Positions 38,640 through 47,976 are shown, counted from the first letter of the stretch. The stretch: 64,000 nucleotides of DNA from Bacteroidales bacterium (GCA_036677745.1 JAVBVW010000005.1:307268-371267), one strand, 5' to 3'. Program-made: numbers and translations. Notes: generated from the letters alone by a model not told the origin.

Positions 38640-39953
38640 TTGAAAAAAATACTCATCATAACCTATTACTGGCCTCCGTTCGGGGGCTCCGGAGTTCAGA
38701 GGTGGCTTAAGTTTACCAAATACCTCAGGGAATTCGGGTATGAACCCGTTATCTACACTCCGGATAATCCTGAATTTATGGCCGAGGACAAGTCATTGGA
38801 GAAAGAGATTCCGTCCGGCATAGAGGTTATAAAGCGAAAAATTACAGAGCCCTATTCGCTTTACAGACTTTTTACAGGAAAGAAAAAGGGGGCTGTTAAG
38901 CCGGGTTTCATTAATGCTCCCGGTTCGGCATCCCGCCGTGTCTCTCTTAAAGAGAGACTATCTCTTTTTATAAGGAGCAATATATTTATTCCCGATCCAA
39001 AGATACTCTGGGTATCTCCCACTGTAAAATTTCTCAGGAGATACCTTAAAGAGAACCCTGTTGATGCTATTGTCAGCACAGGACCTCCCCACTCAATGCA
39101 CCTGATTGCCGGAAAGGTTTCAAAGGCAACAGGAATTCCCTGGCTGGCAGATTTCAGAGATCCCTGGACAAAGATTTATAACTTCAAATACATGGGACAC
39201 ACCTCCTTTGTGAAGGGTATTCATGAAAAACTGGAGAAGAGAGTGGTAAGAGATGCAAATGCAGTTGTAACCGTTACAAACACTATTGCTGCAGAGCTTA
39301 AAGATCTGAGAGGGAGTGATGTCTATGTAGTTACCAACGGCTTTGATAAAGATGATTTTAAAGGAGTGGAACCTGAGTCAGAGATTAACTTCACGATTAC
39401 ATATACAGGGTTGTTTGTGGCAGTTCAGAATCCGTCTCTTTTGTGGAAGGTGCTGGGGGAGAGAGCAAGAAAAAGCAAGGCGTTTGCCAAAGAGTTAAGG
39501 ATAAGGCTTATTGGAAATATTGATAAATCAATTATTGATGATATTTACAAAAACGGCCTTAGGGAGAATCTTATTTTAATGGATTATATGCCACACGATC
39601 AGGTTGTAATCTGGCAAAGGAAGGCTCGTATTCTGTTACTTTCAGGGGGGATGGAGCCTGAATCCAAAGGGATAATGACGGGTAAGTTTTTTGAATATCT
39701 GGCTGCAGGAAAGCCTATTCTTGGATTTGGTCCAAAGGGCGGTGATATGGACATAGCTCTGGATGAGAGCGGAGCGGGAAGGATGTTTGATTTTAATGAT
39801 AGCAAGGGTGTTTCATCCTGGATAGATGAGGTCTACAGGATTTATAAAGAGGGGTTGGTATATCCGAAAGGGTTAAACATTGATAAATATTCAAGAAAAA
39901 ATTTAACCGGGCAACTTGCCGGAATACTTGATCAAATTACAGACAGAGAATAA
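38640..39953 (+). CDS. Glycosyltransferase (GT-B fold, GT4-like)
   Basis: 437 aa. The N-terminus KILIITYYWPPFGGSGVQRWLKF is typical of a Bacteroidota glycosyltransferase subgroup. It has a TTG start in the ORF track. Confidence 0.7.
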   Translation: MKKILIITYYWPPFGGSGVQRWLKFTKYLREFGYEPVIYTPDNPEFMAEDKSLEKEIPSGIEVIKRKITEPYSLYRLFTGKKKGAVKPGFINAPGSASRRVSLKERLSLFIRSNIFIPDPKILWVSPTVKFLRRYLKENPVDAIVSTGPPHSMHLIAGKVSKATGIPWLADFRDPWTKIYNFKYMGHTSFVKGIHEKLEKRVVRDANAVVTVTNTIAAELKDLRGSDVYVVTNGFDKDDFKGVEPESEINFTITYTGLFVAVQNPSLLWKVLGERARKSKAFAKELRIRLIGNIDKSIIDDIYKNGLRENLILMDYMPHDQVVIWQRKARILLLSGGMEPESKGIMTGKFFEYLAAGKPILGFGPKGGDMDIALDESGAGRMFDFNDSKGVSSWIDEVYRIYKEGLVYPKGLNIDKYSRKNLTGQLAGILDQITDRE

Positions 39954-39964
39954 ATTATTGTTAT

Positions 39965-42472
39965 ATGAAGGAGTTTATTAAGAGATACAAACAGTATCTG
40001 ATACCAATACTGCTTTTTGCGGTTACTGCCTATCTCTTTACACCTCAGGTGTTACAGAATAAGGTTGTTAATCAAAGCGACATTGCAGCCTGGAGAGGAA
40101 TGGCAAATGAGATTATTGAGTACAACAAGGCAAATCCCGACAAAGATCCGGCGCTTTGGACAAACTCTATGTTTTCGGGTATGCCTGCAACAACAATCTC
40201 TGTAATCTACGAAGGTGATTACACCGATTATTTCTACAAACTGATAAATAAAGTATCGGGAACCCGTCCTCCGGCATATCTTCTGATTAGTCTGGCTGGG
40301 GCATTTATGATGTTCCTTGCCTTTGGAATCAACCCGTGGCTCTCTGCTATTGGTGCCTTTGCTGTAACATTCTGCTCTTACAATCTGCAGATTATTCAGG
40401 TTGGACACAACTCAAAAATGGTGGCGATTGCCTTTATGCCCTGGGTTGTAGCTGCTGTTGTTTATGCATATAAACGAAAGGCGCTTCTTGGATCTCTTCT
40501 CTTCGCTTTTGCCCTCAGCTTTCAGATTAAAGCAAACCACCCTCAGATAACATATTACCTAGCAATGATTATTCTTGCGCTGGCAATCGCCGAGCTTTAC
40601 TCGGCAGTTAAGGAGGGATACTTCAGAAAGTTTATAACTGTCTCTGCAATGCTACTGGTTGCAGGTCTTCTGGGCATTGCATCAAATGTAAACCATTTGT
40701 GGCCAACATATGAGTATTCGAAATATACAATGAGAGGGGGCTCCGATCTTGCCAATGAAGAGGGGAAAGATCAAAAGGGGCTTGATATCTCTTATGCAAC
40801 AAACTGGTCATACAGCCCTCAGGAGATGCCAAATCTTATGATTCCAAATTTTAACGGAGGTTCATCGGGGGGAGAATTATCAAGAAATTCCGAGACCTAT
40901 AAGGCACTTAAAGCGGGTGGTTATACAGGTGCCGAGCAGGTGATTAAGCAGATGCCGCTCTATTGGGGCCCTCAGCCTTTTACTGCAGGCCCTATGTATA
41001 TGGGAGCACTCTCTGTTTTCCTTTTTGTTCTGGGTCTCATACTAATTAAGGGGCCTCTGAGGTGGTGGGTGGCCGGCGTCTCCCTTCTTGCAGTAATGCT
41101 CTCCTGGGGGTCTAACCTTCTTTTTGTAACGGAGTTTTTCTTTAGATATATTCCGCTTTACAGCAAGTTCAGAACAGTGTCCATGGTTCTTGTTATTCTG
41201 CAGATTACAATTCCGCTGCTTGCGATTGTGGTTCTGGACAGGATTCTTAAAAAAGAGTATGACGAGAAAAAGCTTAAACGGGCATTTGTGATATCACTGG
41301 CAATTACCGCCGGCCTGTCGCTCCTTTTTGCGATTATTCCGTCACTTGCCGGTTCGTTTGTATCTGCAGGTGATGCTCGTCTTCCTGAAGCTTTGAGAGA
41401 TTCGTTGGTTAACGACAGGATCTCTTTGCTTAGTGCAGATGCTTTACGTTCTCTCTTTTTAATCCTGGCCGGCGCTGCTGTAATATGGTTCGGATACAAG
41501 GGTAAGATCAAGCAGGTAGTTATCTATGTGTTGATTGCTCTGATTTTTGTTGCCGATTTATGGATGGTTGGAAAGAGGTATTTGAATGATGACCATTTTG
41601 TTAAACGTCGCGATTTTGAAAACCAGTATGCTCTCAGGCCTGTTGACAAACTTATTCTTGAGGATAAAGATCCTAACTACAGAGTACTTGATTTAAGCGT
41701 AGAGAGTCCGTTTAATGATTCGCATATCAGCTATCACCACAAAACAATCGGGGGCTACAGCCCGGCCAAACTGCAGAGATATCAGGATATTATTGATAAC
41801 CACCTTTATCGTGAAATGCAGCTTGTCGTAGATGATATTAAGGAGTGCAGGACAATAGATGCAGCACAGGACAGTCTTGGGTTCTACCCGGTATTAAGTA
41901 TGCTTAATTCAAGATATATAATCATATCACCCGAAAGTTCTCCGCTCATAAATAAATTTGCTTTTGGAAACGCCTGGTTTGTAAATGATATTAAAATTGT
42001 TGAATCCAACAGGAAAGAGATTGATATGCTTAATCCTGCTACTGCAGATCAAGGATTTGACATCAGAAATCACGCTGTTATACACGAGAGCTATGCCTCA
42101 TATGTTGATGGGTACTCAAATGATACTCTTTCTGACGATGAGTTGATTGTTCTAACTGAATATTCGCCCAATAAGCTAACATATCAGTACAATGCAACCG
42201 GTACAAGAGTCGCCCTGTTCAGCGAGATATACTACCCGGCAGGGTGGCGGGCTTATGTAGATGGTCAGGAGGTTCCGGTTTTCAGAGCCAACTACACCCT
42301 TAGGGGGCTTAAACTCCCTGCGGGTAGCCATACAGTTGAGTTTGAATTCAAACCTGAATCGTTTACCAAGGGAGAGCTCTACTCAAGAATCTCCTCAGGA
42401 ATTCTTATCCTTCTGCTTTTGGGTGTAATTGTTAAGGAAATATTGCGAAAAAGAGCGATTGTTAAGCAATAG
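39965..42472 (+). CDS. YfhO-family polytopic membrane protein (putative glycosyl-transfer/glycan-modifying)
   Basis: 835 aa with many TM helices in the first ~520 residues, then a soluble C-terminal domain and a final TM. The architecture and size match YfhO. Confidence 0.78.
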   Translation: MKEFIKRYKQYLIPILLFAVTAYLFTPQVLQNKVVNQSDIAAWRGMANEIIEYNKANPDKDPALWTNSMFSGMPATTISVIYEGDYTDYFYKLINKVSGTRPPAYLLISLAGAFMMFLAFGINPWLSAIGAFAVTFCSYNLQIIQVGHNSKMVAIAFMPWVVAAVVYAYKRKALLGSLLFAFALSFQIKANHPQITYYLAMIILALAIAELYSAVKEGYFRKFITVSAMLLVAGLLGIASNVNHLWPTYEYSKYTMRGGSDLANEEGKDQKGLDISYATNWSYSPQEMPNLMIPNFNGGSSGGELSRNSETYKALKAGGYTGAEQVIKQMPLYWGPQPFTAGPMYMGALSVFLFVLGLILIKGPLRWWVAGVSLLAVMLSWGSNLLFVTEFFFRYIPLYSKFRTVSMVLVILQITIPLLAIVVLDRILKKEYDEKKLKRAFVISLAITAGLSLLFAIIPSLAGSFVSAGDARLPEALRDSLVNDRISLLSADALRSLFLILAGAAVIWFGYKGKIKQVVIYVLIALIFVADLWMVGKRYLNDDHFVKRRDFENQYALRPVDKLILEDKDPNYRVLDLSVESPFNDSHISYHHKTIGGYSPAKLQRYQDIIDNHLYREMQLVVDDIKECRTIDAAQDSLGFYPVLSMLNSRYIIISPESSPLINKFAFGNAWFVNDIKIVESNRKEIDMLNPATADQGFDIRNHAVIHESYASYVDGYSNDTLSDDELIVLTEYSPNKLTYQYNATGTRVALFSEIYYPAGWRAYVDGQEVPVFRANYTLRGLKLPAGSHTVEFEFKPESFTKGELYSRISSGILILLLLGVIVKEILRKRAIVKQ

Positions 42473-42473
42473 C

Positions 42474-42481
42474 TAATTTTG
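42474..42481 (+). promoter_or_regulatory. Candidate -7 box (TAATTTTG) just after the YfhO stop
   Basis: TAnnTTTG match. It could drive the following hypothetical gene. Confidence 0.3.
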
Positions 42482-42555
42482 CACGGAAATTGAGAGTAAA
42501 GAGAAGAGGTTCCTGACAAACATTTTTATTGTGGCCTTACAAATAATAAATTAAG

Positions 42556-42996
42556 TTGGACAGATTAAAGGAGATAAAAAATAAGTTTTTGCGGAGATTA
42601 ATTCCTGCATTGCTGGCGTGCCTTCTGCTTGCCGGCTATGTGGGATATTTTCGTAGCTCCCTTTTGCTCTGCAATCAATCCAGTAATATCTCTGTTTCCG
42701 GCAAATCTGCTCTTAAAGGATTCTCTTTTTCGGAGGCAGAAGCCTCTCCCTTCTCTGCAATTGTTCAGGATGGGTCAGTCTCGCTTCCGGGAGTCTCTGC
42801 CCGCAGCAACTCTCCGTGGAGTAATTCCGGAATCAACTTTCGCCTTGGCAAAACAATTCAGTACTCTTCAATTCGGGAAAACTCACTAAAGAGGTTCTTT
42901 GCCCATTCGGTGAAAAGCAAAAATGAGAGCCTTATTCATATATTCTCCTACAGCAATAACCTGTTCGTTTACAGGCTCAGGGAAATAATTATTTAA
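42556..42996 (+). CDS. Hypothetical membrane-anchored Ser-rich protein
   Basis: 146-aa ORF with a TTG start and one N-terminal hydrophobic helix. No family is recognised, and coding status is uncertain. Confidence 0.35.
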   Translation: MDRLKEIKNKFLRRLIPALLACLLLAGYVGYFRSSLLLCNQSSNISVSGKSALKGFSFSEAEASPFSAIVQDGSVSLPGVSARSNSPWSNSGINFRLGKTIQYSSIRENSLKRFFAHSVKSKNESLIHIFSYSNNLFVYRLREIII

Positions 42997-43123
42997 CCAC
43001 ATCTGTTTTTTTATTCAGACTCCGGCCTGCATTACCGGAGCGGCTTACCTGTATGTATTGCCGGTAACCGCCGTATAATGCATATTCAGTTCAATCTGAA
43101 AATTACATTAAAACAGATATGTC

Positions 43124-43582
43124 ATGGAAAATCAAATAATAAAAAGACTTAATATAAAAATTCTTATTCTTTCGCTCTCATTGCTTACTGTGTCTGGAGT
43201 GGCCTTTATTCTCAGAGATTACTCTACAGCTGTAATTGTATTAATAGCTGCAATTTTAATTTACCTCTTTAAACGGAAACATGAGGTTTATGCAGCTACC
43301 GGAAGCCCCGTAAAACGGGAATCCTACTACTTTGACAGAGACAGCAAAGGTGCCCTTGAGAACGTATTACGTGGAGAGCTCGGTGATAATTCGCTTGTAC
43401 TCTACTTTAGCGATAACGGTAGTGGCAGACTGGATGTAATAATGACCAAGGATGAGAGTTTTGCCTCGGCAACAATAAATCAGTTTATTCCCCATAAATA
43501 TGAACGGGTTGGTGAGCCGATAGAGTTTACAGGTCCTAAGGTTAAAAAACTGGCAAGGTATCTTAAGCGTTGTCAACGCTAA
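43124..43582 (+). CDS. Hypothetical protein with two N-terminal TM helices
   Basis: 152-aa ORF with an ATG start and two hydrophobic segments followed by a soluble domain. No family is recognised. Confidence 0.5.
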   Translation: MENQIIKRLNIKILILSLSLLTVSGVAFILRDYSTAVIVLIAAILIYLFKRKHEVYAATGSPVKRESYYFDRDSKGALENVLRGELGDNSLVLYFSDNGSGRLDVIMTKDESFASATINQFIPHKYERVGEPIEFTGPKVKKLARYLKRCQR

Positions 43583-43597
43583 AACCTCAGGCTATCA

Positions 43598-44947
43598 TTA
43601 AAAAATACTGTTCAAAAGAACAATAGAGATAGCAATAGGAGCTAAAAATTTAATTACCAGCATAATTCCACTAAAGAGGGACTTTCTTAACGCGACTGTC
43701 CCTCCGCTGGTAAGTTCATCCATAACATCTGCTTTTTTCATTCTCCATCCAACAAACAGCACCACAAGCAGACCTCCAACCGGGAGAAGCACGTTTGAAG
43801 AGGCGTAGTCAAAGAGATCGAAGAATGTTTTTCCAAATATTGTAACATCACTAAGCGGGCCTTGTGAAAGGGAGCTGAATGTTCCAAAGAGACCTATAAT
43901 GAGGAATGTAATTATAACGGCTGTTTTCCGGCTCATCTTAATCTCTTCTGTGAAGTAGGCAACTACTACTTCCAGAAGGGATATTGCAGATGTAATTGCA
44001 GCAATCAGAAGTATGAAGAAAAAGGCTATTGAAATTAGGTTGCCAAACGGCATCTGTGCGAAAATCTGTGGGAGCGTTATAAATACAAGACTTGGCCCCT
44101 GTCCGGGCGAGATTCCGAATGCGAAAACAGCCGGCATTACTGCAAGTCCTGCCAGAATTGCAAATCCGGTATCGGCCGCTGCAGACATAAACGAGATCTT
44201 AAACAGGTTCTCTTTTTTGTTTACGTATGAACCATATGTGATTATGCAACCCATGCCCAAACTGAGTGAGAAAAAGGCCTGGCCAAGCGCCGCAAGCATT
44301 GTCTCTCCTGTTATTTTTGAAAAATCAGGGTAGAGAAGGAACTTAACTCCAGCACCTGAGCCGTCAAGCGTAAGGGATCTTATTGCCAGAATCATAACCA
44401 GAACAAAAAGCATTGGCATCAATATTTTGGAATATTTTTCAATTCCGTTTTTTACTCCGGCAACAACTATCAGGGCCGAAAGAGTAAGAAACAGAAGGTG
44501 CATAGCTACAGGCATAAGAGATGACTGTGAAAAACCGGAGAACTGGTTTGCAAGTGAAGTGCTGTCTGATGTGAGAAAATCCGGAGAGAAAGATTTGAAA
44601 ATGTACTCAAGTGTCCATCCTCCCACTACGCTGTAGAATGACATTATGCAGATAGATGCTACAACGCTTATTACTCCAATAGAAAGCCAGCCCGATTTGG
44701 GTGCAATTTTCTTAATAGCTCCGAAAGCATTTGATTGTGTCCTCCTCCCGATAACAAACTCAGAGAACATTATGGGAAGGCATAGTAAAATGACAAAAAA
44801 GAGATAGAGAATTATGAATGCGGCACCTCCGTTGTTTCCCACCATATAAGGGAACCTCCACAAGTTGCCAAGACCTACAGCCGAACCGGCTACCGCCACC
44901 AGAACTCCGAATCGGCTTCCAAAGCCGTCTCTTTCTATGTTTGCCAT
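43598..44947 (-). CDS. Sodium-dependent transporter, SNF (neurotransmitter:sodium symporter) family
   Basis: 449 aa. The N-terminal GSAVGLGNLWRFPY signature and about 11-12 TM segments are present. Confidence 0.9.
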   Translation of the reverse strand: MANIERDGFGSRFGVLVAVAGSAVGLGNLWRFPYMVGNNGGAAFIILYLFFVILLCLPIMFSEFVIGRRTQSNAFGAIKKIAPKSGWLSIGVISVVASICIMSFYSVVGGWTLEYIFKSFSPDFLTSDSTSLANQFSGFSQSSLMPVAMHLLFLTLSALIVVAGVKNGIEKYSKILMPMLFVLVMILAIRSLTLDGSGAGVKFLLYPDFSKITGETMLAALGQAFFSLSLGMGCIITYGSYVNKKENLFKISFMSAAADTGFAILAGLAVMPAVFAFGISPGQGPSLVFITLPQIFAQMPFGNLISIAFFFILLIAAITSAISLLEVVVAYFTEEIKMSRKTAVIITFLIIGLFGTFSSLSQGPLSDVTIFGKTFFDLFDYASSNVLLPVGGLLVVLFVGWRMKKADVMDELTSGGTVALRKSLFSGIMLVIKFLAPIAISIVLLNSIF

Positions 44948-44963
44948 AATTTAAGTTTTAACA

Positions 44964-44971
44964 CAAAGATA
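44964..44971 (-). promoter_or_regulatory. Candidate -7 box (TATCTTTG) for the SNF transporter gene
   Basis: TAnnTTTG on the minus strand, 16 nt upstream of the ATG at 44947. Confidence 0.4.
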
Positions 44972-44992
44972 TATAAATGCTGGTTTTATCAT

Positions 44993-45000
44993 TATTTTTG
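44993..45000 (+). promoter_or_regulatory. Candidate -7 box (TATTTTTG) for the FabK-like gene
   Basis: TAnnTTTG ending 7 nt before the ATG at 45008. Confidence 0.4.
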
Positions 45001-45007
45001 TGGTGTT

Positions 45008-45919
45008 ATGGAAAACAGAATTTGCAAACTTTTTGGGATTGAATTTCCCATTATTCAGGGAGGTATGGTCTGGTGCAGCGGATGGAGGCTGGCATCGGCA
45101 GTAAGTAATGCCGGAGGGCTAGGTCTGATTGGAGCTGGATCTATGCATCCTGACAATCTCAGACACCATATTCGTAGTTGCAGGGAGGCACTTTTACCCG
45201 GACGTACATTTGGGGTTAATGTTCCGTTGCTTTATCCTCAGATAGACGAGATTATGAATATAATTGCAGAGGAGAGGGTCCCTGTTGTATTTACCTCGGC
45301 GGGGAGTCCCAAAAAGTGGACTCCGTTTTTGAAGGAGAGGGGAGTGATTGTTGCTCATGTGGTTTCAAGTTCTGCATTTGCAGTTAAGTGTCAGGAGGCT
45401 GGTGTAGATGCTGTGGTTGCCGAAGGTTTTGAGGCCGGCGGTCATAACGGAAGGGAGGAGACCACAACTTTCTGTCTTATTCCTGCGGTTCGTGAAGCAA
45501 TTTCGATACCACTGATTGCTGCCGGCGGGGTGTCGTCACGTCCAAGCTATAATGCTGCATTTGCTCTGGGGGCAGAGGGGGTTCAGATAGGAACACGCTT
45601 TGCGTTGTGTGAAGAGAGCTCTGCTCACGAATCATTCAAAGAGTTTTGCCGCGGCCTGCCTGAAGGGGGAACGCGACTTCTTCTCAAAAAACTTGCTCCG
45701 GCCAGACTTGTCGAAAATGATTTTTCAAATGCTGTTGCAGAGGCCGAAAACCGTGGAGCTTCCGCCGAAGAACTTCGCGAACTACTTGGAAAGGGGCGTG
45801 CCAAACGAGGCATCTTCGAAGGTGACCTCTCACAGGGCGAGCTCGAAATAGGCCAGGCCGCCACCATGATCCGCCATCCCGAAACCGTCGCCGACATTTT
45901 TGACGATCTTACACGGTAA
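45008..45919 (+). CDS. Nitronate monooxygenase-family flavoprotein (FabK-like enoyl-ACP reductase II)
   Basis: 303 aa with a TIM-barrel FMN enzyme pattern (PIIQGGMVWCSG…SNAGGLGLIGAG, EGFEAGGH, AAGG…GAEGVQIGT). Confidence 0.82.
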   Translation: MENRICKLFGIEFPIIQGGMVWCSGWRLASAVSNAGGLGLIGAGSMHPDNLRHHIRSCREALLPGRTFGVNVPLLYPQIDEIMNIIAEERVPVVFTSAGSPKKWTPFLKERGVIVAHVVSSSAFAVKCQEAGVDAVVAEGFEAGGHNGREETTTFCLIPAVREAISIPLIAAGGVSSRPSYNAAFALGAEGVQIGTRFALCEESSAHESFKEFCRGLPEGGTRLLLKKLAPARLVENDFSNAVAEAENRGASAEELRELLGKGRAKRGIFEGDLSQGELEIGQAATMIRHPETVADIFDDLTR

Positions 45920-45920
45920 A

Positions 45921-46060
45921 TCTCTGCGCCAGTTCGGGGTATGTTTCACATATCCAGCTACTTGCAAAAAGTACTTTTCTAAAATGGTTCAGTTTTACAA
46001 AATGTCCTATTTGCAAACCGCACACAATCAAATGGTTGCACCAAGCTGGCGCGGAGAAAA
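45921..46060. repeat. MITE-like intergenic repeat, copy 1 (140 bp, terminal inverted repeats)
   Basis: The ends TCTCTGCGCCAG… and …CTGGCGCGGAGA are reverse complements (11 of 12 positions). It aligns gap-free to copy 2. Confidence 0.8.
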
Positions 46061-46064
46061 ATTT

Positions 46065-46094
46065 AGCCGGCCCTTTTGCAAGAACCGGCTTTTC
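46065..46094 (+). terminator. Weak hairpin plus T-tract between the two repeat copies
   Basis: AGCCGG-(14 nt)-CCGGCT-TTTC. The stem is short and the loop is large. Confidence 0.25.
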
Positions 46095-46103
46095 ACCGTA
46101 CAA

Positions 46104-46243
46104 TCTCCACGCCATTTTGGGGTATATTTCACACATCCAGCTACTTGCAAAAAGTACTTTTCTAAAATAGTTCAGTTTTACAAAATGTTCTATTTATAAG
46201 CCACACACAATCAAATGGTTACACCAAACTGGTGCGGAGAAAA
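46104..46243. repeat. MITE-like intergenic repeat, copy 2
   Basis: A hand alignment to copy 1 gives 15 mismatches in 140 positions with no gaps. The TIR-like ends are TCTCCACGCCA… and …CTGGTGCGGAGA. Confidence 0.8.
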
Positions 46244-46261
46244 GTTAGTGTGCAGACAGCC

Positions 46262-46981
46262 TTATTTCACCAACTCATCATATCGTTTAGAAACCACATC
46301 CCAGTTTATAACACTCCAAAATGCCTCAATATAGTCCGGGCGTTTGTTCTGGTATTTCAGGTAGTAAGCATGTTCCCAAACATCCATACCCAGAACCGGA
46401 GTCCCTTTCTTATCTGCAACATCCATCAGCGGGTTGTCCTGATTAGGGGTTGAAGATACAAACAGCTCGCCCTTCTCGTCAACGCTCAGCCAAGCCCAGC
46501 CACTTCCAAAGCGAGTCTTACCGGCATCAGAAAATTGCTTTTTGAGCTCATCCATAGACCCGAATTTCTTCATAATAGCAGCCTCAAGCTTTGCTGAAGG
46601 CTTTCCGCCATTTACCTTCATGTTCTCCCAGTAAATAACGTGATTATAAAATCCTCCGCCATTATTCCTCACAGCAGCAGGGTATTTGCTAATGTTGGCA
46701 AAAATCTCTTCAATGGTTTTAGATTCCATCTCAGTACCTTTTATTGCTGCAACAAAATTGTCAAAATAGGCTTTGTGGTGTCTGCTGTAGTGGATCTCCA
46801 TTGTCATTTTGTCAATGAATGGTTCTAATGCGTCGTAAGCGTAGGGAAGTTCCGGAAATTCGAATTTATTTAATGTTTTCATACTCTTTTGTGTTTTTGA
46901 ATGGTTTTCAAATGTGCGGTTTTCGGCCTCTGCAACTAACGGCAGAGCAATTAAAAGAACCGCTGCTATAATACTTCTCAT
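46262..46981 (-). CDS. Fe/Mn superoxide dismutase with N-terminal signal-peptide-like extension
   Basis: The SOD core starts at FEFPELPYAYDALEP and continues with HYSRHH and DVWEHAYYL. The 239-aa ORF begins with MRSIIAAVLLIALPLVAEA. An alternative internal start at 46882 (MKTLNKF…) would give a normal ~206-aa cytoplasmic enzyme. Confidence 0.9.
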   Translation of the reverse strand: MRSIIAAVLLIALPLVAEAENRTFENHSKTQKSMKTLNKFEFPELPYAYDALEPFIDKMTMEIHYSRHHKAYFDNFVAAIKGTEMESKTIEEIFANISKYPAAVRNNGGGFYNHVIYWENMKVNGGKPSAKLEAAIMKKFGSMDELKKQFSDAGKTRFGSGWAWLSVDEKGELFVSSTPNQDNPLMDVADKKGTPVLGMDVWEHAYYLKYQNKRPDYIEAFWSVINWDVVSKRYDELVK

Positions 46982-47123
46982 ATAAATCTCTTTTTAGTAA
47001 AAGAATTTCGTTTAGTTATTATAACAGAATAGCACTTCGTTTGTTCAACGCAGGAAAATATTTCTAATTTAAAATAGGCGGGTATAAACCGGAGATAGTT
47101 AAAAAATATGGAGTATCTAAGGG

Positions 47124-47888
47124 TTAGCGAATTTGAGTTTTTTCGTAAACAATAAATTCAAACGGGTGCTCAAAGCGCTTACCGTGATCGTGGGATTCGC
47201 GGGAGATTTCACTCCATTGTGCCGGATCTATTTCGGGGAAAAAGGTATCGGCATCATCTACAGTAACATGAACCCTAGTAAGATAGAGCTTGTCGGCCAA
47301 TGGTAGTGCTTGTTTGTAAACCTCTCCGCCTCCGATAATAAAAACCTCATCAGGGTAGACAACCGTTTTAATTTTATTATCGTCTGTTAGAGGGTCTTTA
47401 ATTGCCTGATTTATAGTGTCAGGTTGGGCTGTTATTTCTGACGGGTTAGTCGTAATTGTTGAGTCTTCCGGGATGGGTTTGTATGCAATATTATTTAATG
47501 CCTCTTCAAGTGAGGCGTAGAGTTCTGCTCCGGGAATTAAGTGTCGGTATTGTGCTAGCGAACTTCCGATGGATTTGACAACTGCGGTGTCAACCCCTTT
47601 TTGGTGGGCATTACCCTGTGAATTATCCTGCGCGTTTTCTTGAGAATTGTCAGATGGCTGGCAGAGTGACCTACTGAGTACTATATTTCTTCTGCCGGGA
47701 AGTGGTTTTCCAATGGAGAGCCAAGTCTTGTGACCCATAATTACCGGGCAACCGTGAGTGATTCTCTTGAAGTATTTAAGGTCTTCTGAGATGTGCCACA
47801 GTAGTCTGTTATCTTTGCCGATCGCGTTGTTTTCTGCTACTGCAACAATAACTGAGAGTTTATATTTTTTTTCGCCAATGTTGTTCAT
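47124..47888 (-). CDS. folA: Dihydrofolate reductase with large internal insertions
   Basis: DHFR blocks are present: VAVAENNAIGKDNRLLWHISEDLKYFKRIT, PVIMGHKTWLSIGKPLPGRRNIVLS, VFIIGGGEVYKQALPLADKLYLTRV and TFFPE. The ORF is 254 aa against about 160 for typical bacterial DHFR. It lies downstream of thyA. Confidence 0.85.
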   Translation of the reverse strand: MNNIGEKKYKLSVIVAVAENNAIGKDNRLLWHISEDLKYFKRITHGCPVIMGHKTWLSIGKPLPGRRNIVLSRSLCQPSDNSQENAQDNSQGNAHQKGVDTAVVKSIGSSLAQYRHLIPGAELYASLEEALNNIAYKPIPEDSTITTNPSEITAQPDTINQAIKDPLTDDNKIKTVVYPDEVFIIGGGEVYKQALPLADKLYLTRVHVTVDDADTFFPEIDPAQWSEISRESHDHGKRFEHPFEFIVYEKTQIR

Positions 47889-47976
47889 TTTGTTTCGACT
47901 GTTTGTCCGGAGGGGTTGAATGCCTGGTGCTTAGAAACGACCTGCTAATAAAATAATCAGGTAGCTATTAAAATAA

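Noticed and set aside
42997-43123. GC-rich hairpins (CTCCGG…CCGGAG; GCGGCTTACC…GGTAACCGC) after the hypothetical gene
   Set aside because: The stems are imperfect with no T-tract. The evidence is insufficient to call a terminator or structured RNA.
45900-46199. 99-aa (+) and 75-aa (-, 45909..46136) ORFs between the FabK-like and SOD genes
   Set aside because: Both run through the two MITE-like repeat copies. The internally repeated peptide (…CKKYFSK.VQFYKM…) is a by-product of the DNA repeat.
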